Part shown: positions 31,812 through 41,389 of the stretch, piece by piece
How positions within the stretch are numbered: position 1 is the stretch's first letter
Layout: every line of letters begins with the position of its first letter
Origin: Nitrososphaeraceae archaeon
GTDB taxonomy: Archaea; Thermoproteota; Nitrososphaeria; Nitrososphaerales; Nitrososphaeraceae
Assembly: GCA_035297365.1 (NCBI GenBank)
Contig: DATGZA010000014.1
Location: forward strand, 192,001-256,000
Direction: 5' to 3'
DNA: 64,000 nucleotides
Made by a program: the position numbers and the translations under genes
Notes under the pieces: model-generated
Database searches by the model: none
Told to the model about the DNA's origin: nothing
The model's input: the letters and a program-made list of their open reading frames with translations, nothing else

Positions 31812-32852
31812 TTATCTTGGTAAAAATGAAAATTTAAGAATCTTTTCTGAATTGTCTAATCCTTTCTCAGTTCTATCTTTTGCTAATTTAAACAGACTAT
31901 TGCTATCTAAAACATAATGTACTATTAGATATGAAGAATTTGAAAATGGATCTATTGACACAGAACTTTTACTTATTTCATCAAAATCAATGTCATTTAT
32001 TTTTATGAGGGAACTGTTAGCATTAAAAAATTTTTTGAAATGCTTCGGTATCTTTAATTCTGTATGGATATAAATAAAACCTTCCTCGATTCTTGTGAGA
32101 TTATATTTAAAAGGAATTTCAAAAGAAATTTCATCTGTATTCACGTTATACTGGTATTTTAATATCTGATCGTTGTAAGACAGTATGGTTAAATTATCAT
32201 TTTTATTTTTGCTAAAATTATTAATATTTAATATGTTACCTAAGCTTAAATAAGCATCAAATTTTAAAAAATTCTGTCCATTTAAATCATTATTCTCCTT
32301 CATATTAGTTTTGATTTTAAGATGATATATTCCGCTCTCTAATACTGGATAGTTAACATAAACTCTTCCATTAATATCTGATTCTATCTTTGAGTTAATC
32401 ATTGAGTTGTTATATTTGTCCATCTTTCCACTCTCTTTCTTAGCGGAGTTAAATTCTAAAACCAGTGAATCATTCTTTGAATGAAAAGTATCATTTAAAA
32501 ATAAATCTTCAGTTATGTTATTATTTCTAAAATTATTTTTCAACATTATTAATTCCGTACTTTTTGGATTTTGAGTTGAGTTATTTTCAGTATCTATTAA
32601 TTTAAAAATCAACTGTCTCTTTTCCTCTACATGAGAATCGACAATGGAAGGTTTAAATTCAATCCAAAGACCAAGTGGAGTATTATCTAAATTTAAAGGA
32701 GGTAATAAATCCCTTCCAAAGTTATTTTTAATACCATTTGCATATGCATTTTCTATTTGACTAATAGATAAAAAGCCTTTTGAAGACGTGAGAAATGAAA
32801 GTAAAAATAAACAGAGTAATATAGTTACAAAATAAATATTAGTTTCTCTCAT
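31812..32852 (-). CDS. secreted hypothetical protein
   Basis: 346-aa ORF with signal peptide; ISFEIPF..N...IHTELKIPK...SIDPFS...IVHY. Confidence 0.75.
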   Translation of the reverse strand: MRETNIYFVTILLCLFLLSFLTSSKGFLSISQIENAYANGIKNNFGRDLLPPLNLDNTPLGLWIEFKPSIVDSHVEEKRQLIFKLIDTENNSTQNPKSTELIMLKNNFRNNNITEDLFLNDTFHSKNDSLVLEFNSAKKESGKMDKYNNSMINSKIESDINGRVYVNYPVLESGIYHLKIKTNMKENNDLNGQNFLKFDAYLSLGNILNINNFSKNKNDNLTILSYNDQILKYQYNVNTDEISFEIPFKYNLTRIEEGFIYIHTELKIPKHFKKFFNANSSLIKINDIDFDEISKSSVSIDPFSNSSYLIVHYVLDSNSLFKLAKDRTEKGLDNSEKILKFSFLPR

Positions 32853-32932
32853 TTCTCAAAACTAGCCGTTAAAAGAGTGAAAAATTATATTTCAAGATAT
32901 CATCTACACAAAATATTCAAAAAATATATTAT

Positions 32933-34591
32933 CTATCTGAAGAGAAAGCTACAGATAGAATCATTGAAGTGTTTAAGACATTCTCTTTTCAGTTGTTCTA
33001 AGTATCTTCCTTGTCCAAAGTCATCAAAATCTTTTGGTTCGCCATCTTGAAAAGGCTCTAACTTGAAGTTTTTAGGTAGTTCTGGTTCGGGTAAAATTTC
33101 TAAAGTAGCTGAAATATTCAATGGTTTTCCTTCTCTTATGATTGCGATTTTTACAACTTCCCCTTCTTTCTTGGTTTCGAGATACTTGTTAATGTCAGTA
33201 ACATTATTTATTTTTATATCATCTATTCCAACTATGATATCTCCTCCTAGCCTGATTTGAGTATTATTAATAATTTCAACCTTATATCCGCCTCTAATCC
33301 CTGCATTGTCTGCCGGACTATTGGAGTTTACATCTATGACCAAGAATCCTTTTGCTTCAGTCAAGTTCATTGCATCTGCAATTTCTGGTGTAACATTAAT
33401 TCCTGTTACTCCTAATGAAGGATGTTCTCCTACCTTAGATAGAGTTTCTGAATCAGGTCTTGCCTGAAGTATAGCACTTTTCTCTTGCAATGTTCCATTT
33501 CTGATTATAGTCAGAGTTATCTTATCTCCAACAGATTTTTCCAGTTCCAAGTGTGTTAATATGTCATCTATTTTTCTTACTGGAGTTCCATCAATTGCAA
33601 TAATTACATCTCCTCCCAATTCTACTTCTCTTCCATCAATTCCATAAATTCTGTCTCCGCCTCTAATCCCTGCCTTGTCTGCCGGACTATTGGAGTTTAC
33701 ATCTATGACCAAGAATCCTTTTGCTTCAGTCAAGTTCATTGCATCTGCAATTTCTGGTGTAACATCTACACCAGTTACTCCTATCCATGGATGTTGATAG
33801 GATCCTTTAGCAATCAATTCAGGTATTACCTTTTTTATCGTGTTGGAGGGAATTGCGAATCCAACCCCTGCATAAACCCCTGTGTTAGAAAAAATTGCTG
33901 AATTAATACCAATCACTTCTCCATTCAAGTTTAGTAACGGGCCTCCAGAATTTCCTGGGTTTATAGCCGCATCTGTTTGAATAATTCCTGGAATGTTGAA
34001 CGCCCCCACTTGCCCATTTCCGTAAATCGGTTCTTGCGATGATGGTAATAATCTTCCCAACCCGCTAATAATCCCCTCTGTAAGAGATCCTGATAAGCCA
34101 AATGGATTTCCTACGGCTGCAACAGGTTGACCTATTGTTAATGATGATGAATTACCAAGTGTTAGGGGTGCTAATCTTTCCTTGGGCACATTTTCTACTA
34201 ATACGACTGCAAGGTCACTATAAGGATCAGAGCTCACAACCTTTGCTGAATATATTGTTCCATCTGAAAAAGTAGCATGCAACATCTTGCTGCCTGTGGT
34301 CACATGATTGTTAGTTACTATATGACCTTCTAAATCATAAACGAATCCAGATCCCAATCTTTCTCCAAGCATCGCTGAACTTTCGTCTTTACCTGAAATC
34401 TGTACTACTGACTTCTCAACATTTTTAAACAATTCAGAAAGTGAATACGCCTGTTTAGTCTCATCTTGAGCAAAAATATCGTAAGAAAGATAATTAACAA
34501 CTAATAGTGCTGGCAGGAATAGAGCAAGAAAAACTAACATATTTTTGCTTGTTCCGCTTAAATTGCTCATAAAATTAGATTTTTTATTCAA
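32933..34591 (-). CDS. htrA: HtrA/DegP-like serine protease with two PDZ domains
   Basis: GSGF, TNNHV, SDLAV, QTDAAINPGNSGGPL; two PDZ repeats. Confidence 0.95.
   Translation of the reverse strand: MNKKSNFMSNLSGTSKNMLVFLALFLPALLVVNYLSYDIFAQDETKQAYSLSELFKNVEKSVVQISGKDESSAMLGERLGSGFVYDLEGHIVTNNHVTTGSKMLHATFSDGTIYSAKVVSSDPYSDLAVVLVENVPKERLAPLTLGNSSSLTIGQPVAAVGNPFGLSGSLTEGIISGLGRLLPSSQEPIYGNGQVGAFNIPGIIQTDAAINPGNSGGPLLNLNGEVIGINSAIFSNTGVYAGVGFAIPSNTIKKVIPELIAKGSYQHPWIGVTGVDVTPEIADAMNLTEAKGFLVIDVNSNSPADKAGIRGGDRIYGIDGREVELGGDVIIAIDGTPVRKIDDILTHLELEKSVGDKITLTIIRNGTLQEKSAILQARPDSETLSKVGEHPSLGVTGINVTPEIADAMNLTEAKGFLVIDVNSNSPADNAGIRGGYKVEIINNTQIRLGGDIIVGIDDIKINNVTDINKYLETKKEGEVVKIAIIREGKPLNISATLEILPEPELPKNFKLEPFQDGEPKDFDDFGQGRYLEQLKRECLKHFNDSICSFLFR
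33287..33765. repeat. 110-bp near-identical direct repeat between the PDZ domains (33287-33396, 33656-33765)
   Basis: one mismatch; offset 369 bp, in frame. Confidence 0.9.
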
Positions 34592-34788
34592 CAGTTTTTT
34601 TAATAATAACAGTTATGTATATTTCTTAACAATTTGAATTAAAAAATTTCTATATGAATCTTTTATTTATCCAATATATTTATATCCATTCTTTCTTTTC
34701 TATATAGTAATTCTTCATTGATTATTAAATCGTTAGATGCTATATAATAAAACTGTCATGGGGTTGTTCCTCTATAATTTAGATAATA

Positions 34789-35319
34789 CTATTGTATTTC
34801 TTTAGCTTGTACATCTATTGTATAGGTAACTGTGAATGGTTCAGAATTGGTTTTGTGAAAAAGCAGTGCATTACCAACGAAATTGAAAGTACCAGAACTA
34901 ATCAAAGTATCGTTAACTTCTAAAGGTTGATCAACAATATTCTTAAGTTGTGAAATAGCAACTCTTTTATCTCCAAGTACTACATTGTAGGGTTCCCCAT
35001 GTTTAGAATCAATAATTTCAGTAGGATTATAGCTATGCAAAATTTCTATTTCAATTGGTTTGCTTGCGGTAAATGTTGCTGTTCATGACCATATCTTTCC
35101 GTCTTCTCTAAGAGGCAACGCAAAAACAACTTCGTGTGGTTGCTGACCTGGGATACTTACGGACGCGGTTTTGGACATGACTGTTTTTTGTTGTACGATG
35201 GAAATATTATCATCATCAAGAGCATTTGTAGAGTTATTATTTTCTTGTTGTTCATATGAGTTTTGTATAAAAGATACGGATGCTATCAAAAAAATAATAC
35301 CAAATGACAAAATATTCAT
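34789..35319 (-). pseudogene. secreted hypothetical protein split by one in-frame TGA
   Basis: ...PLREDGKIWS*TATFTASKPIEIEILHSYNP...GNALLFH; both listed ORFs share a frame; stop at 35085-35083. Confidence 0.8.
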
Positions 35320-35457
35320 TTCTATTTTTGGTTAGTTCTAAAATATATAAAAGTTCTTAAATTCCTCTATATTGAAATAATATGACTATTTATTAATACA
35401 ATAATTAATTAATATTCAATAACTAAAAACAAATAACTGTATAAATATTAAGTTTTT

Positions 35458-36234
35458 ATGCAAAAAGGAAAAACATTTCTTCTTGAGGAAATGAATGGAT
35501 TCGAAATTAAAGAACACGTTAATTCAAAAACAATAGCCGTATTGATTTTCGGAGCTTGTGAAAATCATGGTGATCACCTGCCTTTCGGTTCTGATTTTAT
35601 TTTTCCATTAGATTTAGCAAAACGTATTTCACTTAAATCTAAAAATTTAATAATTCTGCCTCCACTTCCATACGGAGTAAGTATTCATCACAAAAAGTTT
35701 TTCATGACGATTAACATCGATCCTAATACTTTCATCAAATTCATTGAAAATATCCTAGAGAGCCTAGTATCTAATGGTATAAAAAAATTCTTAATAATTA
35801 ATGGTCATGACGGTAATATTGCGCCAATTGAAATAGCTTCAAGAAACACGAAAGATAAATTTCCTCAAGTAATAATAGCATGTTTGGAATCTTGGTGGAC
35901 TCTAGTGGGCCAGCTTTCTTTAAATACATTTGAGATTTGGAACGGTATGGGACATGGTGGAGAAGCTGAAACATCGGTTATGATGTACGTCCGTCCTGAT
36001 CTGGTAAATATGGAGAAAGCACCGGAAGACACTATACCTCAGTTACCTGATCATATCCGTATCTATTGGAATATGGATGAGTTATCAAATACTGGAGCAA
36101 CAGGTTCTTCAAAAAAAGGTTCACTACAAAAAGGAGAAAGTGTCATCAAAATCTTAGAAAAATTATTATTATCTTTTATTAAAAATATGGAAAAAACTGA
36201 TTGGAAATATGGCTTATATTTGAAAGCAAATTAA
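35458..36234 (+). CDS. creatininase family amidohydrolase
   Basis: GACENHGDHLP..D, PYGVS.HH, INGHDGN, HGGEAETS. Confidence 0.93.
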   Translation: MQKGKTFLLEEMNGFEIKEHVNSKTIAVLIFGACENHGDHLPFGSDFIFPLDLAKRISLKSKNLIILPPLPYGVSIHHKKFFMTINIDPNTFIKFIENILESLVSNGIKKFLIINGHDGNIAPIEIASRNTKDKFPQVIIACLESWWTLVGQLSLNTFEIWNGMGHGGEAETSVMMYVRPDLVNMEKAPEDTIPQLPDHIRIYWNMDELSNTGATGSSKKGSLQKGESVIKILEKLLLSFIKNMEKTDWKYGLYLKAN

Positions 36235-36348
36235 AAGAATGAAAACAATATATTTTATCTGTTCGTTGTAGTACTTAGTTCTCTGACAATATGATTATGT
36301 ATATCATCAATTAGTAAATATTATATAAAATAAAAAAAGAAATTTGGT

Positions 36349-36629
36349 CTATTTATAATATGGTTTTCCATATCTATCTTCATAATATCCGCTTTCATAT
36401 TGGTCACAATAACCACTATGTTTTTCTCCATTATCATATCCTTCATTATCATATCCTTCATTATCATATTCTCTGTCATCATATCCTCGACTTTGACAAT
36501 ATTCATCATGGTTGTCTTTTGTAGATTTATCTCCAGATGCATACACATCATTTGCTGAATACATGCTTATTGAAAAAAGCGTTCCAAGTATGCTTGCTGC
36601 TAAATTATTAATGAGTATGTTCTATTCAT
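36349..36629 (-). pseudogene. small secreted Y/D/E-rich protein with a frameshift in the signal peptide and 15-bp repeats (EGYDN)
   Basis: ATG 36629 MNRTYSLII is 1 nt out of frame with LAASILGTLFSISMYSANDVYA; repeats at 36429-36488. Confidence 0.55.
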
Positions 36630-36861
36630 TTTTTTGTATACAATCCTATGAAAACATCATATATTAAGTGAATTCAAATACGTTATATAATCCGACGGCA
36701 CCTTCTTTTTATATATTTTTTTTTTGGTTTTGTGTTACTAAACAATTCTCCTTTTGTTTACATGTAATATTGTTTTTTGGAAGTATGTTACTAAATACAT
36801 TAAAATATAAATAAATCATTTGTCGAAATCAATATTTTTTATAGCCAAATTTGATCTTATT

Positions 36862-37857
36862 TTAGGTAATTGAAGAACAAATCATTGGAAACGAATTATC
36901 GTACCTAAAACTTGTATTTGAGTGACCTCCATCAAATTCTTCGTAGTAATGTGTTATATCCAAATTATTTAATTTATTATGTATCATTCTTGCACCAAGG
37001 TGTAGGTTAAATTCATCTTTGTTTCCGCAATCAATATACAAGAGTTTTAGTTTTCTCAAGTTATTTTGATATTCATTTATCATTTTCACTGGATCTAAAG
37101 CTTTCCACATTTTCCATACATCTTCTAATATCTCTCCTGTTTCTATGTCAAAAGGTAATTTTACACCCAGTTCAGAACTAGTATCTGGCGAATAGTGAGC
37201 GGCCATAGCAAGGATATTCAGAGCTACAAAATCTTTTTTTTGTTTTCTATTTTGTTTTTTCCAGAATTGATTGAACCACTTTTTTACCCCTCCTGCTTCC
37301 TTGAATGTTTCATATGCACTAGGAAAATCAGGCAGATAACAATATTCGAATGCAGAATCACCAGAATGACATGCAATTGCTTCAAAAATTTCTGGGTATT
37401 TCATACCCAGAACAAGTGATCCATATCCCCCGGAAGATTTTCCCCACAACCCAAAGGAGGAAGTATTATAATTACTCTGTATGAAAGGAACAATTTCAGT
37501 GACGATGTAATCTTCGTACCTTCCAGTTGCAGTCGAATTAATATATTGGTTTCCACCGAACTTTGTAAAACAATCTGGAATCACTAGTATCATATGACCA
37601 AGTTTTCCATCAGCAATTAGTCTATTCATTCTTTCTTCAATGTTCTCTCCTAAAGGATCAAAATTAAGGAATGTTCTGCCATTTCCTGCAAAACCAGATA
37701 ATCCAATAGCTGCTGGATATCCATTAGAATGACTTTGTGAATAATTAGGAGGAACATATACTATTATTTCTCTTACATGGGGGTCATTGAGAGGATTAGA
37801 TCGTAAAATTGTACTTTCATGAGTATGCGTGATTATTCTTCCTTTATATTCGGTCAT
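36862..37857 (-). CDS. alpha/beta-hydrolase, putative esterase family
   Basis: VYVPPNY, GKSSGG nucleophile elbow, DCGNKDEF, GGH. Confidence 0.92.
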   Translation of the reverse strand: MTEYKGRIITHTHESTILRSNPLNDPHVREIIVYVPPNYSQSHSNGYPAAIGLSGFAGNGRTFLNFDPLGENIEERMNRLIADGKLGHMILVIPDCFTKFGGNQYINSTATGRYEDYIVTEIVPFIQSNYNTSSFGLWGKSSGGYGSLVLGMKYPEIFEAIACHSGDSAFEYCYLPDFPSAYETFKEAGGVKKWFNQFWKKQNRKQKKDFVALNILAMAAHYSPDTSSELGVKLPFDIETGEILEDVWKMWKALDPVKMINEYQNNLRKLKLLYIDCGNKDEFNLHLGARMIHNKLNNLDITHYYEEFDGGHSNTSFRYDNSFPMICSSIT

Positions 37858-38103
37858 TTTTAATATTTATGATGACTAGGTATATATAATATACAAATAC
37901 AATAATTTTTATGTCTTGAATAAAGATTTTTAATATCTGGTTTTTCCTTAAATTGTTTTATTCATCTAGTACTGATTTTCAATTTTCTCTTCCATATTTG
38001 TTTTAACTGGTCATTATCTTATTAAGCATTCTATATTTGTATAAATAATTGCGAACTGAAATGCTAATTATATTTATTTTAACAAGTTGAATAAAGATTT
38101 TAT

Positions 38104-39045
38104 TTATTCTCTCTTACTTCCATATATGCGGTAAATATTCCCAGTGGTACTCGATATGTAGTTCCATACTTCAGTACTGATTGGTAATTCCTTAAACTTG
38201 TTTTTTTGGTTTTCATCGATCACATCAAATACCATCTGCCCCGTCACAACCTGGTCAGGTTCTGCCAATGAAGTCATCTTAACTGCAATACTTATTGTAT
38301 AACCCAAAATATCAATAATGGGTTTTTTTACTTCAAATTTTTCATTTTGGATGTTAATAATACTTTTCTCCCATCCATATTGTACAACAGCATTTTCCCC
38401 AACATCTACTGCAATCCTTACATGTATTTCTGAATAATCGTATTGGCTTAAAATAGGATTGATTCCATGTTTGATAACTTTAATCATTGCTGAAGCACAA
38501 TTTAATGCGTTTACGCACGGTATCTTTTCTTCGTCTCTTCCTCCTGTCTTCACCATAAAAAATCCTAAAACGGCATCTCCCACAAATTTTAAGACATATC
38601 CTCCATAGGAACATATTAGAATTGACATTTCCTGAGTAAAAGCTCTAATAATGTCTGCTAGCCTATTAGCAGATAATGTCGTACAAAGTTTCGTAAATCC
38701 CACTATATCAACATGTATTATTACAAGTTTTATCTTCGATTCGAGATATTTTTCTAGAATATATCTTGAGTCATCAGGAGACATGCTAAACTCTTTTGCC
38801 TGTAATGCAGACCATGTTCTAGTCTGCGCTTTCTTGATTAATTCGTTCACGTCAACTACTGCATCAAGATAAAATTCTGCCAATGTTGGAGTCAAATTTA
38901 AAGTTTGTTCAGTGACTCTTTTTTCTTCTGAATTTATTATATTTAGTATCTCTTGTGTGTCTAGATCAGTCTGGAATGCAATTACCTCTATTGGTATCCC
39001 AGATTTATGTAAGTTGAGTACTGTTTGTTTTTGTTCAATCGATAT
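38104..39045 (-). CDS. class III adenylate/guanylate cyclase with probable N-terminal HTH; start uncertain (ATA 39045 or TTG 38895)
   Basis: HVDIVGFT, LKFVGDAV, VRIAVDVG, DILGYTISIAVKM; frame open upstream of 38895. Confidence 0.88.
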   Translation of the reverse strand: MSIEQKQTVLNLHKSGIPIEVIAFQTDLDTQEILNIINSEEKRVTEQTLNLTPTLAEFYLDAVVDVNELIKKAQTRTWSALQAKEFSMSPDDSRYILEKYLESKIKLVIIHVDIVGFTKLCTTLSANRLADIIRAFTQEMSILICSYGGYVLKFVGDAVLGFFMVKTGGRDEEKIPCVNALNCASAMIKVIKHGINPILSQYDYSEIHVRIAVDVGENAVVQYGWEKSIINIQNEKFEVKKPIIDILGYTISIAVKMTSLAEPDQVVTGQMVFDVIDENQKNKFKELPISTEVWNYISSTTGNIYRIYGSKRE

Positions 39046-39132
39046 ATCTTTTCGCCTCCTCCTATTATAATAAAGTACTATATAGAGATAAATTAAAACT
39101 AATTGAATAAAGAAATTTTGGAGAAAATCAAG

Positions 39133-39423
39133 TCATAAAGATAGCCTAAATAATTCTCTTTGATCTATCGATGCCCATGCTCCCATTCCTTTTCCCTCTG
39201 CCTGATCACCAACAATTTCACTAATTATAATCTCCTTTGAATTCATTGGAGGCCAAATCATTGCTACGTATTCTCCTATTTCACCTGCTTTGTCTAGAGA
39301 AGCCATAGCTATATTCTCAGATTTAACATTGTTTTCTATCAACATATTCTTTACTTGTTCGTAAATTTGTCTATTTCCGTGAACAATTACATGCACCTTC
39401 TTTTCATCACTTAGTTGGGACAT
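39133..39423 (-). CDS. hypothetical protein
   Basis: 96-aa ORF with ATG start and normal composition. Confidence 0.75.
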   Translation of the reverse strand: MSQLSDEKKVHVIVHGNRQIYEQVKNMLIENNVKSENIAMASLDKAGEIGEYVAMIWPPMNSKEIIISEIVGDQAEGKGMGAWASIDQRELFRLSL

Positions 39424-39521
39424 ATTTTTCCTATACCTATAAAATATAAAAGCTTAACTTTTAATAAATTAAAATAATGCATTCATTATTTAATATTGTT
39501 TTAATTTTCTTCATCAACGTC

Positions 39522-39824
39522 TCATCTTCTTGATAGTTCATGTCTCTTTATGAAATTCATAAAAAGAAATTTGAGTATGAGTAGTGATTTTGAAATCTCT
39601 TTATAGTATTGAGCATAAAATGATATAAAAATTGTACATACACCTCCAATTATTAATCGTACTCCGATTATTGAAAAACCTTCTCCATCAGAACCTACCA
39701 TTTCCCCCAGAAATTTTAAAATGATGCCTGCTATACTTATCACTATTCCGGAAGAAAGTAAAGGCAGGAATAAAACATGATATGATTTTTTATCGACCAA
39801 TATAGTACGTATGATATTCTTCAT
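39522..39824 (-). CDS. two-TM membrane protein
   Basis: start likely MKNIIRT; the longer ORF overlaps the divergent gene. Confidence 0.6.
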   Translation of the reverse strand: MKNIIRTILVDKKSYHVLFLPLLSSGIVISIAGIILKFLGEMVGSDGEGFSIIGVRLIIGGVCTIFISFYAQYYKEISKSLLILKFLFMNFIKRHELSRR

Positions 39825-39871
39825 AGTTACTTTATAAACAATTTTATTGATAAAATAATATTTTTTTAGCA

Positions 39872-40801
39872 TTGAAAAGTCTAAATATTGCAGTATTAGG
39901 TGATCATGAAATTCTAAAGGATCTTGGTAAACTGGGTACAACCTCTGATATTTCACTATATGATAAGAAATTGGTCGATAAGGTGTTTACTTTTGTTTCT
40001 CCCATTACTTTTCCTGAGAAAATACAGTCACTTGTTCAAGTAATAAATATGACCGAATTAGTAATCTTAAATGTTAAATCATTAGATAAATATTTTGCTG
40101 AACAAATTATTGCGTTGAATTCACTTCAAATTTCAGATGGATTTATTCTTCATTCTTATGATGTTGATCATGATAGATTGCAACAGATGATCAAAGATAC
40201 TACCGTAGCTAATTTCAGAATACTTGATGATGTTGATTCTTTAAAAATAGAACTTAATAATATTTCTCAAAGATCTAATGAAGGAAATTTAATTATTCCA
40301 ATTGACCATAGTTTCGATGTCAAAGGAGTTGGAACTGTTATTCTGGGTGTTATCAAACAAGGTCGTGTAAAGATTTATGATAAATTAAAAATACTACCTT
40401 CGAACAAAGATATTTTGGTTAAATCAATTCAAATGCATGATGATCCAGTAAATGAAGCATCAAGTCCTGCAAGAGTAGGACTTTCTCTCAAAGGTGTCAG
40501 TCCAGATGAAATAGAACGCGGCGATATAATATGTGATGGAGAAGGATTAAAAGTATCATCTTCTGAATTAGTTGTTCCAAATCTCTCAAGAAATAGGTAT
40601 TATAAAAACGAAATTACTCAAAACCAAACGTATTTGATATCGGTTGGATTACAAATAAAACCAGTAAAAATTGTATTTCAAGATTTCAAAATTAAATTGC
40701 TATTAGAGAAACAAATAGTTTATTATCACAACCAGAAATTTCTGATCCTAAAACCCGATAGCAAGAGTACCAGGATTATTGCCAATGGATTGTTGCCTTA
40801 A
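39872..40801 (+). CDS. archaeal SelB/EF-Tu-like protein with degenerate G domain
   Basis: LGKLGTTSDI; IDHSFDVKGVGTVILG; VKSIQMHD; RVGLSLKG..IERG. Confidence 0.9.
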   Translation: MKSLNIAVLGDHEILKDLGKLGTTSDISLYDKKLVDKVFTFVSPITFPEKIQSLVQVINMTELVILNVKSLDKYFAEQIIALNSLQISDGFILHSYDVDHDRLQQMIKDTTVANFRILDDVDSLKIELNNISQRSNEGNLIIPIDHSFDVKGVGTVILGVIKQGRVKIYDKLKILPSNKDILVKSIQMHDDPVNEASSPARVGLSLKGVSPDEIERGDIICDGEGLKVSSSELVVPNLSRNRYYKNEITQNQTYLISVGLQIKPVKIVFQDFKIKLLLEKQIVYYHNQKFLILKPDSKSTRIIANGLLP

Positions 40802-41389
40802 CAGAAATAACAGATTAAATTTTACCATCAGTAGATGATATGTTGAACTTTATATCTTCACTCGTAGATTCAACAGCAGAAAGGGTTTCTCAATAAGTCA
40901 CCAAAAGTAACTCAATAATTCAGATATGTCAATATATATTACGATTTGTTCTTAATTTAAAAGCAATTAACAGCATTCAGTAATAAGCATGAATTCTTCT
41001 TTTTGAATTAACATCGATTGACATATGCAGAAATAAAAGAAATTAGGATAATGAAGAAAGAAGATAGCAAGGAAGAGTATACCCTTGTTAGCGAGAACAT
41101 TCTAAATAATATAAAGAATGAATCTATGAACAATGAAAAAAGTCCATAAATAAATCTGATGAAAGAATAGAAAAAACATTCATTCAAGGAAATCAAGACA
41201 CAAAGGTAGAAAAGTTTTAGGTAAAAGTATTAAAGGTCATTCACCAGTCTATGAATAATATAATAATCTAAAATTTAATAACTGAAATTGTATGATAACT
41301 AAAGTAACAAATAGATAGAATATAATATAACAATATTGTTCACATCGTTATTTATGTCATTCCTATTCATTGGATTAATCCACCGAATC

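Noticed and set aside
11040-35319. Stop-codon recoding or selenocysteine as explanation for in-frame stops (SelB-like gene nearby)
   Set aside because: Stops are a mix of TGA and TAA, co-occur with frameshifts and are not at Cys-like positions; the SelB-like protein lacks a P-loop. Decay or sequence error is simpler
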